A stretch of DNA of 64,000 bases from Octopus vulgaris (lineage: Eukaryota): the NCBI GenBank assembly GCA_951406725.2, contig OX597821.1:118358001-118422000 (forward strand), written 5' to 3'. A model generated the notes under the pieces. The model made no database searches and was not told the DNA's origin. It saw only the letters and a list, made by a program, of their open reading frames with translations. Within the stretch, counting starts at the first letter, position 1; each line of letters begins with the position of its first letter. A program made the translations under genes and the position numbers. Positions 51,404 through 63,008 of this stretch are shown here, piece after piece.

Positions 51404-53257
51404 TTAGAGTATGTTTAGTTGTGGTCTGTATTTTTGAATAAGATTACTTTCCTTATTTATTCGTGTTTGGTCTGTGGTGTTGTCCGAGCATTGGTATAGT
51501 GGGAAGACTAAGAATTTGGGGGACTTATTGTGTGCACAAAGGTCTAAGTGTCCACTTAGTGGTATCTGTCTTGTGGAGGGGTCCCTCAGTTGTTGTCGGT
51601 GAACTGTCATTCTGTCTCTGAGGGTAAGGCTCGTTTGCCCTATGTAGTCTTCGTGGCATCCTTCACACCTTATGACGTAGAGTAAATTTTTTGATGCGCA
51701 CGTGAAGTTATTTTTTATGATGAATGTGTGTCCCGAGTGGAACTTGTACGACGATCCCTCAATGAGGTGGATGCAGGTCTTACAGTTGGGGCGACCACAT
51801 TTTTTGATGGTGGGCGGTGGGTTTGTGTTGTGTAATTTTGCGTTGGTGAGGAGGTTTTTTAGGGATTTAGGTTGTCTCTTACTTTTTATTATTTTATGAG
51901 CTGCCAGTATTTTTTTCAGGCGTGGGTCTTGATTTAGTTGTGGAATGTTGTTGTATATAATAGTGTAAGCTTCTGCATTCCTTGGGTTGTGTGTTGAGAG
52001 ATAAGGGAGGCTATTGACTGTACTGTGGATGTGTTTGGGTTTTCGAAGGTCTTGAATGTTGATTGATTTGGCCCGTTCTATTCCGTTGTCTACTAGTGAT
52101 GCCGGGTAATGTCTTTCGAGAAGAATTGCCCTTAGTTCCCGGAGTCTTCTATTTCGTGTTGTGTCATTTGAGACAATAGTGCAGATTCTTCTCGCTAGGT
52201 TGAAGGGGATATTTGTCTTTGTGTGTTTTGGGTGATTGGAGGTGAATAGAAGGTATTGTTTAGAGTCAGTGGGTTTGTAATGGATGTCAGTTTCAATGTT
52301 GACGCCTTTTTTAATGATTAGGATGTCAAGAAAAGGGAGTTGGTCCTGACTATATTCCATTGTGAATTGAATGTTGTTATTTACACTGTTGATAAGGTTT
52401 TTGAAGTCTATAAGTTGGTCGAGTGTGTGGGACCATAGGATGAGGCAATCATCTAAGTAGCGTTTCCAGTTCTCCAACAGGTATTTGTGGAAAGACTGGC
52501 CGTACTTATATTTGGATTTTTCATAGATATGTGATTCCAGGTAGGCCATCACCAGGTTTGCATAGGTAGGTGCAACTTTCGTACCCATTGCAGTCCCTGA
52601 GACCTGTCTGTAAGTGTTGTTGTGGAAATACATGAAGTTGTTTTGCAGAATAAATTTGAGGCCCTCAATTATGAATTCTTTTTTAATTCTTTCCGGGATC
52701 TCATTGGGATATTTATCCAGCCAGAATTTAATGGCTTCCAGTCCAAATTCATGTGGGATTGTGGAGTAAAGATTAATAACATCAAAAGAAACGATTAAGG
52801 TGTCTTTATCGGCATGTTTGGGGAGATGGTTTAATAGGTCCAGGTCATCTCTTACAATACTTGGAATGTGTTTCAGTATTGGCTTTAAGATGATATCTAT
52901 AAAGTTGCTAAGTCTGTGTGTTTCACAACTTGGGCCTGCCACTATTGGTCTCAGTTTGAGATCAGTGGGATGTGGTATAGTGATGCAGGTTGAAGTGGAC
53001 TTTTTGCAAGCTTCTGTGATAATTTGACTCTTGTGTATTTTTGGAAGCCCATAGAGTGTGCTGGTTTTGCAATTAAATTTAGTAATGTAGTCGCATTCCT
53101 TTGCTGTCAAGTCATTCCGGTGTTGGTAAATGAGTGCCTTCAGATTGGTCATTGTTTTGGATTGCTGGTAGTCGACTACTCTTTCGTAGTATGTGGTATC
53201 CTCTAAGAGGAGAGATACAGAGTTTTTATATTGCTCAGTATTCATAACGTGGTACAT
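51404..53257 (-). CDS. PLE reverse transcriptase plus GIY-YIG endonuclease (617 aa, uninterrupted, N-terminally truncated)
   Basis: LYGLPKIHK, LRPIVAG, SFDVINLYSTI, GTAMGTKVAPTYANL, RYLDD, LPFLD, YKPTD; CGRPNCKTC linker; LYVIRCEGCHEDYIGQT...R...H...H. Confidence 0.95.
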   Translation of the reverse strand: MYHVMNTEQYKNSVSLLLEDTTYYERVVDYQQSKTMTNLKALIYQHRNDLTAKECDYITKFNCKTSTLYGLPKIHKSQIITEACKKSTSTCITIPHPTDLKLRPIVAGPSCETHRLSNFIDIILKPILKHIPSIVRDDLDLLNHLPKHADKDTLIVSFDVINLYSTIPHEFGLEAIKFWLDKYPNEIPERIKKEFIIEGLKFILQNNFMYFHNNTYRQVSGTAMGTKVAPTYANLVMAYLESHIYEKSKYKYGQSFHKYLLENWKRYLDDCLILWSHTLDQLIDFKNLINSVNNNIQFTMEYSQDQLPFLDILIIKKGVNIETDIHYKPTDSKQYLLFTSNHPKHTKTNIPFNLARRICTIVSNDTTRNRRLRELRAILLERHYPASLVDNGIERAKSINIQDLRKPKHIHSTVNSLPYLSTHNPRNAEAYTIIYNNIPQLNQDPRLKKILAAHKIIKSKRQPKSLKNLLTNAKLHNTNPPPTIKKCGRPNCKTCIHLIEGSSYKFHSGHTFIIKNNFTCASKNLLYVIRCEGCHEDYIGQTSLTLRDRMTVHRQQLRDPSTRQIPLSGHLDLCAHNKSPKFLVFPLYQCSDNTTDQTRINKESNLIQKYRPQLNIL

Positions 53258-53478
53258 CTATGTATGTGTATGTAAACACTATTTATATGTATATGTGTAT
53301 ATATGTATATGCATTGTCTATATATATATATATTATATGTATGTATTGCGTATGTATATTGCATGCATATATTGTGTATGTATATTAATTACATGCTGTA
53401 TGTGTGTATTGTATGTGTGTATATATATGCTAGGTGTATTTGTGTGATATTTATATTATGTATGTATGTGTGCGTGTG

Positions 53479-53529
<51 letters not shown>

Positions 53530-54306
53530 TTATATATCTGTGTATGTTATATATAGATACATGTTATATTTGTGTGCTGTGTGTATATGTGATATATGTG
53601 GGTGCGTTGTGTGTGGGTGTGTGTGTTCTGTGTGTGTGTGTGTGTTGTTTGTATGTGGTGTGTGTTTGTATACTATGTGTGTGTGTGTGTGTGTGTGTGT
53701 TGTTGTGTGTGTGTGTGTTTGTGTGTATATATATGTGTGTGACAAACAGACGCTGTCTGACCAGCAGGCACGGACACATCTATTCACACCCGCATACTAA
53801 CCTCCTGATAACCCCAAAATCATTCATGCATAAAGGGGAAGTATACACCACATTGGCTACTTCTTCTGTTCTCTCAGTTCAGCCTTTCTGCTAATACTGA
53901 CAGGTCAGTAAAAACATACTTAAAATATTCTGAGATGTACAAAAAATCCATTTTAATTTTTGCTGTCAAAACGCTGTATATATATACCAAAGATTGTATA
54001 TATATACATGTAATGTGACAATTTGCGACAACCAATAATTAACGCAACCAATTCCCAATAATATATTTGTTTTATCCTTTTCTGCCAAATTTTCCCAAAT
54101 ATTCTCATCAATTTGAACTGTATAAAACACTATATTTATAATTCATAATAATCCAATGTGACAATTATGTAAAAAAAACATTTTTGAATTCATAATATCA
54201 ATGTGACAATTATGTAAAAAACTTTTTTGAATGCATAATATTCAATGTGACAATTATGTAAAAAACTTTTTTTGAACCCATATTATTCAATGTTTCCTGA
54301 AATGTA

Positions 54307-54347
54307 ACTTTTGACAATCTTTTACCAAAGAGTGAAACCGGTTAAGT
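54307..54347 (+). ncRNA. Minimal hammerhead variant (U3-A8), inverted-arm copy
   Basis: Reverse complement of 49262-49302. Confidence 0.6.
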
Positions 54348-54386
54348 AAATAAACATCGTTTAAATTGCATTTTCAAACCTTTTTT

Positions 54387-54496
<110 letters not shown>

Positions 54497-54615
54497 CTAT
54501 TTGGTGATAGGTTATGGAACTACCTCTTATGTTCTTAAAATTTAAATCTACATCTTTGTCTGTATATCTTATATATACTTGATTTGAAAGCTTTTGTATT
54601 TATGGAAAACTTATA

Positions 54616-54708
54616 TAATTGGCTGATGAGCACTCAGCATCTTACATCTGCTGTAATACTTACAACTTTTAATAAAATGATGTAGTGCGAAACAATTGTA
54701 CCAAATTA
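54616..54708 (+). ncRNA. Type I hammerhead ribozyme within a pLTR-like fragment (54498-54838)
   Basis: TAATTGG-CTGATGA-GCACT...AGTGC-GAAACAATTGTA-CCAAATTA. Confidence 0.85.
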
Positions 54709-54834
54709 CCGGAGTCATTCTTGTTGCTTATTTTGATTATAATCACCCCGCAAATTTTTATGGATAACACCATTCAAAATTCTGGTGCATCTAAATTGAG
54801 TACCATATTCATTCGAATCTAAATTTTTGCTGAA

Positions 54835-54885
<51 letters not shown>

Positions 54886-55296
54886 AGAGTTTACGAAAAA
54901 AAAAACAAAAGACGAAGACAGGTGGTGTACAAAACGAACAGATGTATTAGTATGACATATATATATATATATATATATAATCTCCGAACGAGATATAAGT
55001 AGTAAAAAGTCTGCACGGTAACATATTAATGCTGTACTCATTCACCACAAGTTTCTCTCACTCTTACTTCCTGTTTCTCTTATATGCCCCATTATTCGAC
55101 TATTTTCCTAGTCATTGCACAGCGATCACTATAAGCTTTAAACTTATACTAATCCCGATAATATATATACACATACATACACACACATACACACGCGCAC
55201 ACACACACACACACACACGCATACACACACACACATATATATATATACATATATATATATATGTATACATATACATATATACGTATGTGTGTGTGT

Positions 55297-55336
<40 letters not shown>

Positions 55337-55337
55337 A

Positions 55338-55719
55338 GTTGAAATTTATAGAAAAGACGAAGACAGGTGTGTGAACTGCAAGCAAGTATTTTAGTTTGAC
55401 GCCCAGGAAAATGAAAAAAAGTCATTTATATTTCGTGCCTGCGCTCTTCAACAGAAAAAGAGAAGAGAAAATAAAGTGAGAGAGAACAAAAAAAAAAAAA
55501 AAACTTGAAAGAAATGGAGATAAAAAAAAGGCTGGGTTGAAAGAGATGAGAATATATGTATATATGTGCTTGATCGCTAAATCCACGCGTGCTTTTTTTT
55601 AATCCTGTCCCTGTTTATTTTCTCTTATTCCTTTCTGTTTCGTAGACTCGAAACATAAAAGACTTTCTCACTTTCCCGAGCATCAAACTAATACACCTGT
55701 TTGTTGTATATACAACTAT

Positions 55720-55722
<3 letters not shown>
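55338..55722. repeat. Decayed inverted pair of a PLE-tail-like repeat
   Basis: 55338-55470 versus 55620-55722; eroded CTGTTGAAGAGCG...CGAAA motif; related fragment at 54882-54951. Confidence 0.55.
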
Positions 55723-55768
<46 letters not shown>

Positions 55769-55863
55769 AGAGAGAGAGAGAGACATACACACACATATTC
55801 ACACACAGACACAACTTATCACAATACACGCACAATCATATATACATATACATACTTACAACA

Positions 55864-55929
<66 letters not shown>

Positions 55930-56028
55930 ATATACATGTATATATATACGTATATACATACACATATATACATGCATAAAAACACATAGACATGTACATG
56001 CACGCATGCACACACAGATACATATTTA

Positions 56029-57319
56029 CGAGGGACGTTCAATAAGTAATTCCCCTGACCCATTTGCAGTTGTTTGATCTAGTTGAAATTTTGCATGTGC
56101 AATTATTTATATCTCTATAGATGAAGTAGAAAATAACATCTTTGAACTAATTGTGGTTTCTGATTTACAGGTGTTTGAACTGAGTCAAGTGTGAAATGGA
56201 GCATGTTGAGTGTCGAGCAGTGATTCGGTTTTTGTATTTGAAAGGACGCACACCACGGGAGACTTTTGATGAAATGAAAGTAACTTATGGTGATGATGCC
56301 CCATCATATGACCTTGTAAAACGCTGGCATCGTGAATTCAAACATGGTCGGAACTCTGTGGAAACAGCTCCCAGATCTGGTCGCCCCTCTTCTGCCGTCC
56401 ATGAGGCATCTGTCCGTCAGGTTGAGGCTGCCATTTTGGAAGATCGACGCATAACTATTCGCCAAATAGCCCATGAGGTCAAGATTAGTACCGGGTCTGT
56501 GGAAACTATCATTCATGACCATTTGCATATGCAAAAGGTGTCTGCCAGATGAATTCCCAGGCTGCTCACACCTTTCCAGAAACAAGAACGCGTCGAGTGC
56601 TCGAGGATGAATTTGGAGATGTGCCAAGAAGATGAGTCAAAATTTTCAAAAGACTGATTACACAGGATAAAACCTGGGTCCATCACTATGATCCAGAGAC
56701 CAAAGCCCAGTCAATGCAGTGGAAGCACCGTGATTCACCTTCTCCAAAGAAGGCAAGGGTGCAGCCCTCCGCTGGTAAGGTCATGCTCACAGTCTTCAGG
56801 GACCAGGACGGAGTAGTGATGGCAGATTTCCTGGCAAAGGGTACCACAATTACAGGAGCCTATTGTGCTTCACTTTTGAGGAAATTAAGAGAAGCTATAA
56901 AAATCAAGAGGCGGGGCAAGATCAGCAAAGGTATCCTCCTTCTGCAGGATAACGCTCCGGTCCATAACTCGCTTGTCGCCAGATCAGAAGCACAGGCGTG
57001 CGGCTATGAACTCCTCCCCCATCCCCTACTCTCCTGACCTTGCACCCTCTGATTTTCACCTCTTCCCAGCCATGAAGTTGTTTTTGAAAGGAAAAGCGTT
57101 TCCCAGATGATGCAGCCTTGATTTTTGAAGTCACGTCGTGGTCGGATGACCAAGCTGGGGTCTTCTAAAAAAACAGTCTCCAGAGCTGCATCAAACGATG
57201 GGAGAAATGCGTAACTCTGGGTGGTTCCTATGTAGAAAAAGAATAATAACTGTGCCAAGTTTCGTTGCTCTACTGCTATGGGAAGTGGGTCAGGGGCATT
57301 ACTTATTGAACGCCCCTCG
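56029..57319 (+). mobile_element. Full-length inactive mariner (DD34D, irritans-like)
   Basis: TA TSD and TIRs CGAGGGACGTTCAATAAGTAAT / ATTACTTATTGAACGCCCCTCG. Transposase from ATG 56196 has a stop in AR*IPRLL and frameshifts; QDNAPVH and YSPDLAPSDFHLF are present. Confidence 0.95.
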
Positions 57320-57542
57320 TATGTATTCATATATATATATATATATGCGTACATTTAAAACTATATGATACACCTTGCAATAATGGCAAATTTTTGTTGA
57401 CTTTAGGATCTTGAAGAGACTGTTTCAAATCTATGTTGATGTCAAAGTGTAATTTGATTGCAACTCATATAAATTGGGAGTCCTTATATTCATTTAGACT
57501 TTGTCTTATGAAAAACGAAAAAGAAACTAGAATACACCAAAT

Positions 57543-57561
57543 TTTATTTTAGTCTTTTATT
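57543..57561 (-). terminator. Polyadenylation signals of the peptide gene
   Basis: Two AATAAA (57561-57556 and 57548-57543) about 320 nt after the stop, followed by a GT/T-rich tract. Confidence 0.55.
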
Positions 57562-57876
57562 AAATTCTGTGTGCAATGATGCTTTCTCAATTTAAACAAA
57601 TTATCTATGACTGACGAAAGAAAGATAACAAAATATTTGTATGAAGAAAAATATTTTGTTAAGTTTTATGTTATAGACGAAAAAGGTTTGAAATGTCGGT
57701 GTCAGCGGCATTATATAAACTATATGAATAATAGCATCATTTATCGCATGGGAACATTAGTAATCTATATAACGAAAGTTATTATATAAGTGATTGGATC
57801 ATTGAGAGAGGATCGAGCAATTTGTCATATTTCATCCTTGGTCGCTTACAGAATTAGTATCTTGCTGGGATTTATC

Positions 57877-58046
57877 TCAACATACGAGATGCCAATGCCA
57901 ATGCCTATTCCACCAAGGCCACCCATGCAACCATCCACGACAACAATGTGCTCTCCACCAGGGGATTATCGTTGTTCCACAACACCTCTGAGTATATGGA
58001 TTATACCAGTGACCACCACAGTAATTCCAATAGCAAGACTGCACTG
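57877..58046 (-). CDS. Terminal exon of a Trp/Cys/His-rich secreted peptide: (A)VQS-CYWNYCGGHWYNPYTQRCCGTTIIPWWRAHCCRGWLHGWPWWNRHWHWHLVC*
   Basis: Acceptor TTTTCTTATTTTACAG|CAG, phase 1, open to TGA at 57879-57877; VQS signal-peptidase site; galaxin-like dicysteine motif; downstream polyA signals. Confidence 0.8.
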
Positions 58047-58643
58047 CTGTAAAATAAGAAAATAATCGAAATGAGTACAGGAAAGTGTATTATACACAAA
58101 TACACACACATTTAAAAAAATAAAATTTATTCAGTCAAGAAGTTCTTATTGCATTAAAAAGCTATATGAAATATATCTAAATTATATGAAAACTTGTTTT
58201 AGAAAAGCTAATTCACAAAGATCTGAATGTATGGAAATGCCCGGGGTTCTTTTTTGTTTGGCTGCCGGTTTTTCAATTTCTGCAATTTTGTTCCAATTGA
58301 TTTCAAGTTTGGTGTTGTTAAGTATGCTTATTATTGACATGAGATGAACTTTCGTCATAAGTCAATAAATTAAGAACTAATAGCTCTAAAGGGTTGCAAA
58401 TTTTGAGTTGTTTTAGCCGATCGAAACCCATCGATATATATATAACGCTGGAAAAGTGATTACAAAAGACCACGTGATTTTTGTGCTGTTTTCCAGCTTG
58501 TGCCCATCTTTTTCTACTCTTAAAAATAATGTGTTGTTTAAACCTTTTTCGAATTAAATGCATACTGATTGCGAAAACCTACAAAATATGCTGCTTACAC
58601 GGTTTCTTAAAATCATTTTCGCTTATTAAATACTTAAAACATG

Positions 58644-58966
58644 TGCTTCCATATGATCTCCGTACGTTGACCTCTTCGGTTTGGCTGCAACGTTCACATT
58701 ATAGCTTAGTCGTCTTACGATCGCAGTCACGCACAAAACGACAACTCCCAAATGCTTTCTTTTTTGTCGACTGAATATAAATTACCACAATTCAAACCTC
58801 TGTAACTATTTTCAAAATTTTTCTGGATCAAAGGAATTAAATCTTGCAATGCAGCGTCAAAAATTACATCAATACACCAAATTTGAATATTTTCACTTAA
58901 TTTTAAAATTTCAAAAATTGCAGCCAAACCGAAGAGGTCAACGTACGGAGATCATATGGAAGCATT
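58644..58966. mobile_element. MITE with about 45-bp perfect TIRs
   Basis: TGCTTCCATATGATCTCCGTACGTTGACCTCTTCGGTTTGGCTGCA and its exact reverse complement. Confidence 0.85.
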
Positions 58967-59139
58967 TTTCGCGGCCTTTAGCATTTTATTCGAACATGTT
59001 ATCAGGTAAACATTATAACACGTGTTTGGAAAGTGGAAAACGAAGAAAAGTCTCTTGGTCAAATATTCATACCTGAAATTTGTGTTATTTTGCATATTTT
59101 TAGAAACAAAATTAAATTTGAAATCTATTTTCATATCTC

Positions 59140-59545
59140 TCTTTACTCTCTTTTACTTGTGTCAGTCATTTGACTGCGGCCATGCTGGAGCATCGCCTTT
59201 AATCGAGCAACTCGACCCCGGGACTTATTCTTTGTAAGCCCAGTACTTATTCTATCGGTCTCTTTTGCCGAACCGCTGAGTTACGGGGACATAAACACAC
59301 CAGCATCGGTTGTCAAACAATGCTAGGAGGACAAACACAAACATATACGCACACACATATATACATATATATACATATATACGACTGGCTTCTTTCAGTT
59401 TCCATCTACCAAATCCACTCAAAAGGCTTTGGTCGGTCCGAGGCTATAGTAGAAGACACTTGCCCAAGGTACCACACAGTGAGACTGAACCCGGAACCAT
59501 GTGGTTGGTAAACAAGCTACTTACCACACAGCCACTCCTGCGCCT
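59140..59545 (-). mobile_element. Full-length tRNA-derived SINE
   Basis: Head GGCGCAGGAGTGGCTGTGTGGTAAGTAGC...GGTTCAGT, internal TA/TG tract, tail GCATGGCCGCAGTCAAATGACTG. Confidence 0.9.
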
Positions 59546-59634
59546 ATATATTCTTAATATAAAAGGAAAGGAAAAATATTTTTGTCAAATTTATATCTAC
59601 AAATGCATATACATAAATACACACATTCATAGAA

Positions 59635-60395
59635 GCCACCCACATCATAAGCAGTTGTCTGAAAATGTCATCACGGTATTATCTACCGATGAGACACGAC
59701 GTTGTAGCTAGGACACTCTATGATGAAATCCGTCGGAGGGATGGCCCCCGAGGACAAAGAAATAAGAACCCACAGTATGGTAGAAGCTATATTCACTCAT
59801 AATAAAAAGGAATACTGGTGAAATATACCAAAGAGCTCAATAAAATGTAAGCACGATAGACCTGATATTATGATTTGGGATAGAGAAGAGAAACTGTGTA
59901 CAGTTGTGGAAATTAGCTGCCCAGCGGATGTTAACATAAAGCTGAAGATCAGTGAAAAAGAGAATACCTACACTGAACTATTAAGAAATCTTCACTTACT
60001 CTATCCAGATTACAAGTTCAAGTTTATACTTGTAATTATTGGGGCAGTAGGATATGTAACGCACTGCCTAAATACCAATCTTGAGAAATTTGGCTTCTCA
60101 AAACCAGAAAGGAGAAAGCTAATTCGAAGACTACAGATCCAATCCATCACTGGAACTGTAAAAATCTGTAAAACTTTCCAGAAGTTTATCATTTAAATAT
60201 ATATGAGCATGTCTAGATATGCAACTATATGCATGAGAATACATACATAAAGCAAAACATACAAATCTGTACACATATACATACATACAAACAAAAATAC
60301 CCTGTTGTTGATGTTGAAATTCCAATGAAGGAGCCTTGAATCTAGGTTAGAAACCGGTTCTTCCTCTATTGGCAAGAAATCTTGAAATAAAATGA
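59635..60395 (+). mobile_element. R4/Dong LINE 3' end with restriction-like endonuclease
   Basis: YLPMRHDVVAR; HDRPDIMIWD...VVEISCPAD...K...Y; VIIGAVG; stop at 60196, then 3' UTR. Confidence 0.85.
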
Positions 60396-60489
60396 ACGAT
60401 GACAATATATATGTATGTGTGTATGAATTTATGTTTATGTGTGTGTTTATTTGTATGTGTATGTGTGTATATGTGTGTGCGTGTGCATG

Positions 60490-61270
60490 CATCAAAGGTT
60501 ATGCGGGCAAACTTAAAAGATTGCATAAAAGGAAAAGAAAACTTAATCTCTTATCCAGAAATGAAATTATTAAAAAAACCATCCACTAGCTTATGGCCTG
60601 GAGATAACAGTCGACTCAAGGTAGCCGTCCACATCTTCCACCACGGCGTCGAGTCTTTTCCGGAACCTAGTAGTGCGTCCCTCACTATATCTTTGGAAAG
60701 ATCTTCAAACACCTTCACTTTCGAGCTCCTTGATCTTTACCACCAGTACGATCTTTGTATTACAGGCACAGTGGCTGGTGTCTTCTTAAACCGCACCCCA
60801 CATACAGTAATCCATAGGATGACAATAGGAGGAAGTAGGAGGCCAGAAATCAGGGCATGTCAACTCGTAGAAATTCTCCGACAACTATTCTGTTTCTTTC
60901 CGTCACATATATGGTGTTCAATTAGTAACCCTTTCCGGCTATGGTTTGACCAATCTCCAGAAGATTCTCATACCATCTGAATTGAGACTTGCATTCTGTT
61001 CAAAGAAGATGGATGAACTTCGAAGCGCAGGCACAGTCAGAACGCCTGCTATGTCCCTTCCTGCCGGCCAGTTTCGTAGTCTCCGTCTTAAAAGTGATCA
61101 CAGTGCATTTGGCAGCACTCATGATATCAACATTTTTTTACCCGGGACAATTCATCATGATGTAGATAAATCTTTTTCAATATTCTAGCCCTGCATGGCA
61201 GCTAACATTTATCTGATAGTTACAACTTTAAGCTGTTCATCAAAATATCGAGTTGTCTTGAAAAATGAGA
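60490..61270 (-). mobile_element. Decayed Tc1/mariner (maT, DD37D-like) remnant
   Basis: PDFWPPTSSYCHPMDYCMWG resembles WPPxSPDxNPLDYxVW; FRKRLDAVVE follows. Confidence 0.65.
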
Positions 61271-62181
61271 TGTAAGAAATCAAACAGAACCTGATACTCC
61301 TGTACACACACACACACACACACACATACACACACACACACACATACACACACACACACACACACAAGCACATACATATAAATATGTAGAAACATACATA
61401 TATATATATGCGTGTGTGTGAAACATTTAATTCATTATGTGAATTTGAAAATAGGTTTATATATATATATATATTAATACTTGCGGGTCCTGACAAACAG
61501 TACCAGCATGCTAAATATAGCAGTCAAGATGACTAAACCACAAAATTTCATTTAGACGCAATAGTGGACGCGGGCAAACGAATAAATATCCCAAAATCCT
61601 CTACCAATGAGGAAAATAATCGAAAGTTGAAGAAGCCAGACATACCCGTATCACCGTCATATCGAACTTCAATGAGTTTATCTTCAATGAGTCTTATTGC
61701 TACAGGGTTATAGAGATTATTCATCTCACCAATTTGTACGATGACCGTTTTTAATGCCGAAGCAAATTTTCGAAAATGATAGAAGTGAATAAAAATTATT
61801 TAAATATATATGAGGATAATGTTATTTATGATAATATCAGTGGCTTAACATGCATAAAATACCCATAGCGTTAAAAAAATATCGATTAATAATTAAGGGT
61901 ACTAATAAGCAGTACTGGCTTATAAATATAGCAGTCAAAATGACCAAACCACAACGATAAACTAAGAATTTTTCTCAATGTTCGAAATCGCGATGCCTTT
62001 TTCAGTTTAGGATTTAGGATTTTCTGTCATTTACCTGCTTTCAACTTGGTGTTTTAGTGAAAAATTTGTGGTTTGGTCAAGTACACTTAATTATTAATTG
62101 ATATTTTTTTTCACGGTTATCGGTTTTAACGCATGCTAAGCCACTGATATTATTATAAACAATAATATCATTATACATACA

Positions 62182-62215
<34 letters not shown>

Positions 62216-62249
62216 CATACATACATACATACATACATACATACATACA

Positions 62250-62297
<48 letters not shown>

Positions 62298-62715
62298 CAC
62301 ACATATATACTTATGCAATTTTATTTTGGGATCTTCTATATGTATATATGAAAAATTCTCCTCCGTCTGGCTGTTTTTCTCTCTACAAAACGGGCATTTG
62401 TATTATGGAACAGTCATTTTAACGATATTATTTATTTAGTTATCACCGAACGAGATACGTCTGTACCACTGGATACTCCTGAACCAGTTTTTTTTTTGTG
62501 TGTCCAACAGTATATTAGTAGTAATTAATTTTAGCATGCGATTGCTTAAGGATACTTGCTCCTACATATATCTAAAGCAGAAGAAAGACATTTGTATTTA
62601 ACTATGCCATTATGAAGCTGCTATTATCGCTTGCTAGTGATATATTTCAGTACTTTATTAATACTATATGTTTTTAAGAGATGTTTTCTCGAGATGAATG
62701 CCGTAGTTTAAGTCC

Positions 62716-62908
62716 TACAATAGAATATTTGTTCTATGACACATGTATTGTATTGCTTTATATACATATCCATATATATATATATATATATATGTACATA
62801 TATATATGCATATATATATATGCATACACACACACACACAATAGAATATTTGCTCTATGACACACGTATTGTATTGCTTTATATATGTATACATATATAT
62901 ATACATAT

Positions 62909-62940
<32 letters not shown>
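62716..62940. repeat. Local duplication of about 120 bp embedded in TA/CA microsatellite
   Basis: ACAATAGAATATTT...GTATTGCTTTATATA occurs twice. Confidence 0.85.
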
Positions 62941-62959
<19 letters not shown>

Positions 62960-62972
62960 TATATATATGCAT

Positions 62973-63008
<36 letters not shown>

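Noticed and set aside
57790-58065. Plus-strand 91-aa Pro/Met-rich ORF
   Set aside because: Antisense shadow of the Trp/His-rich exon; the splice and polyA signals are on the minus strand.
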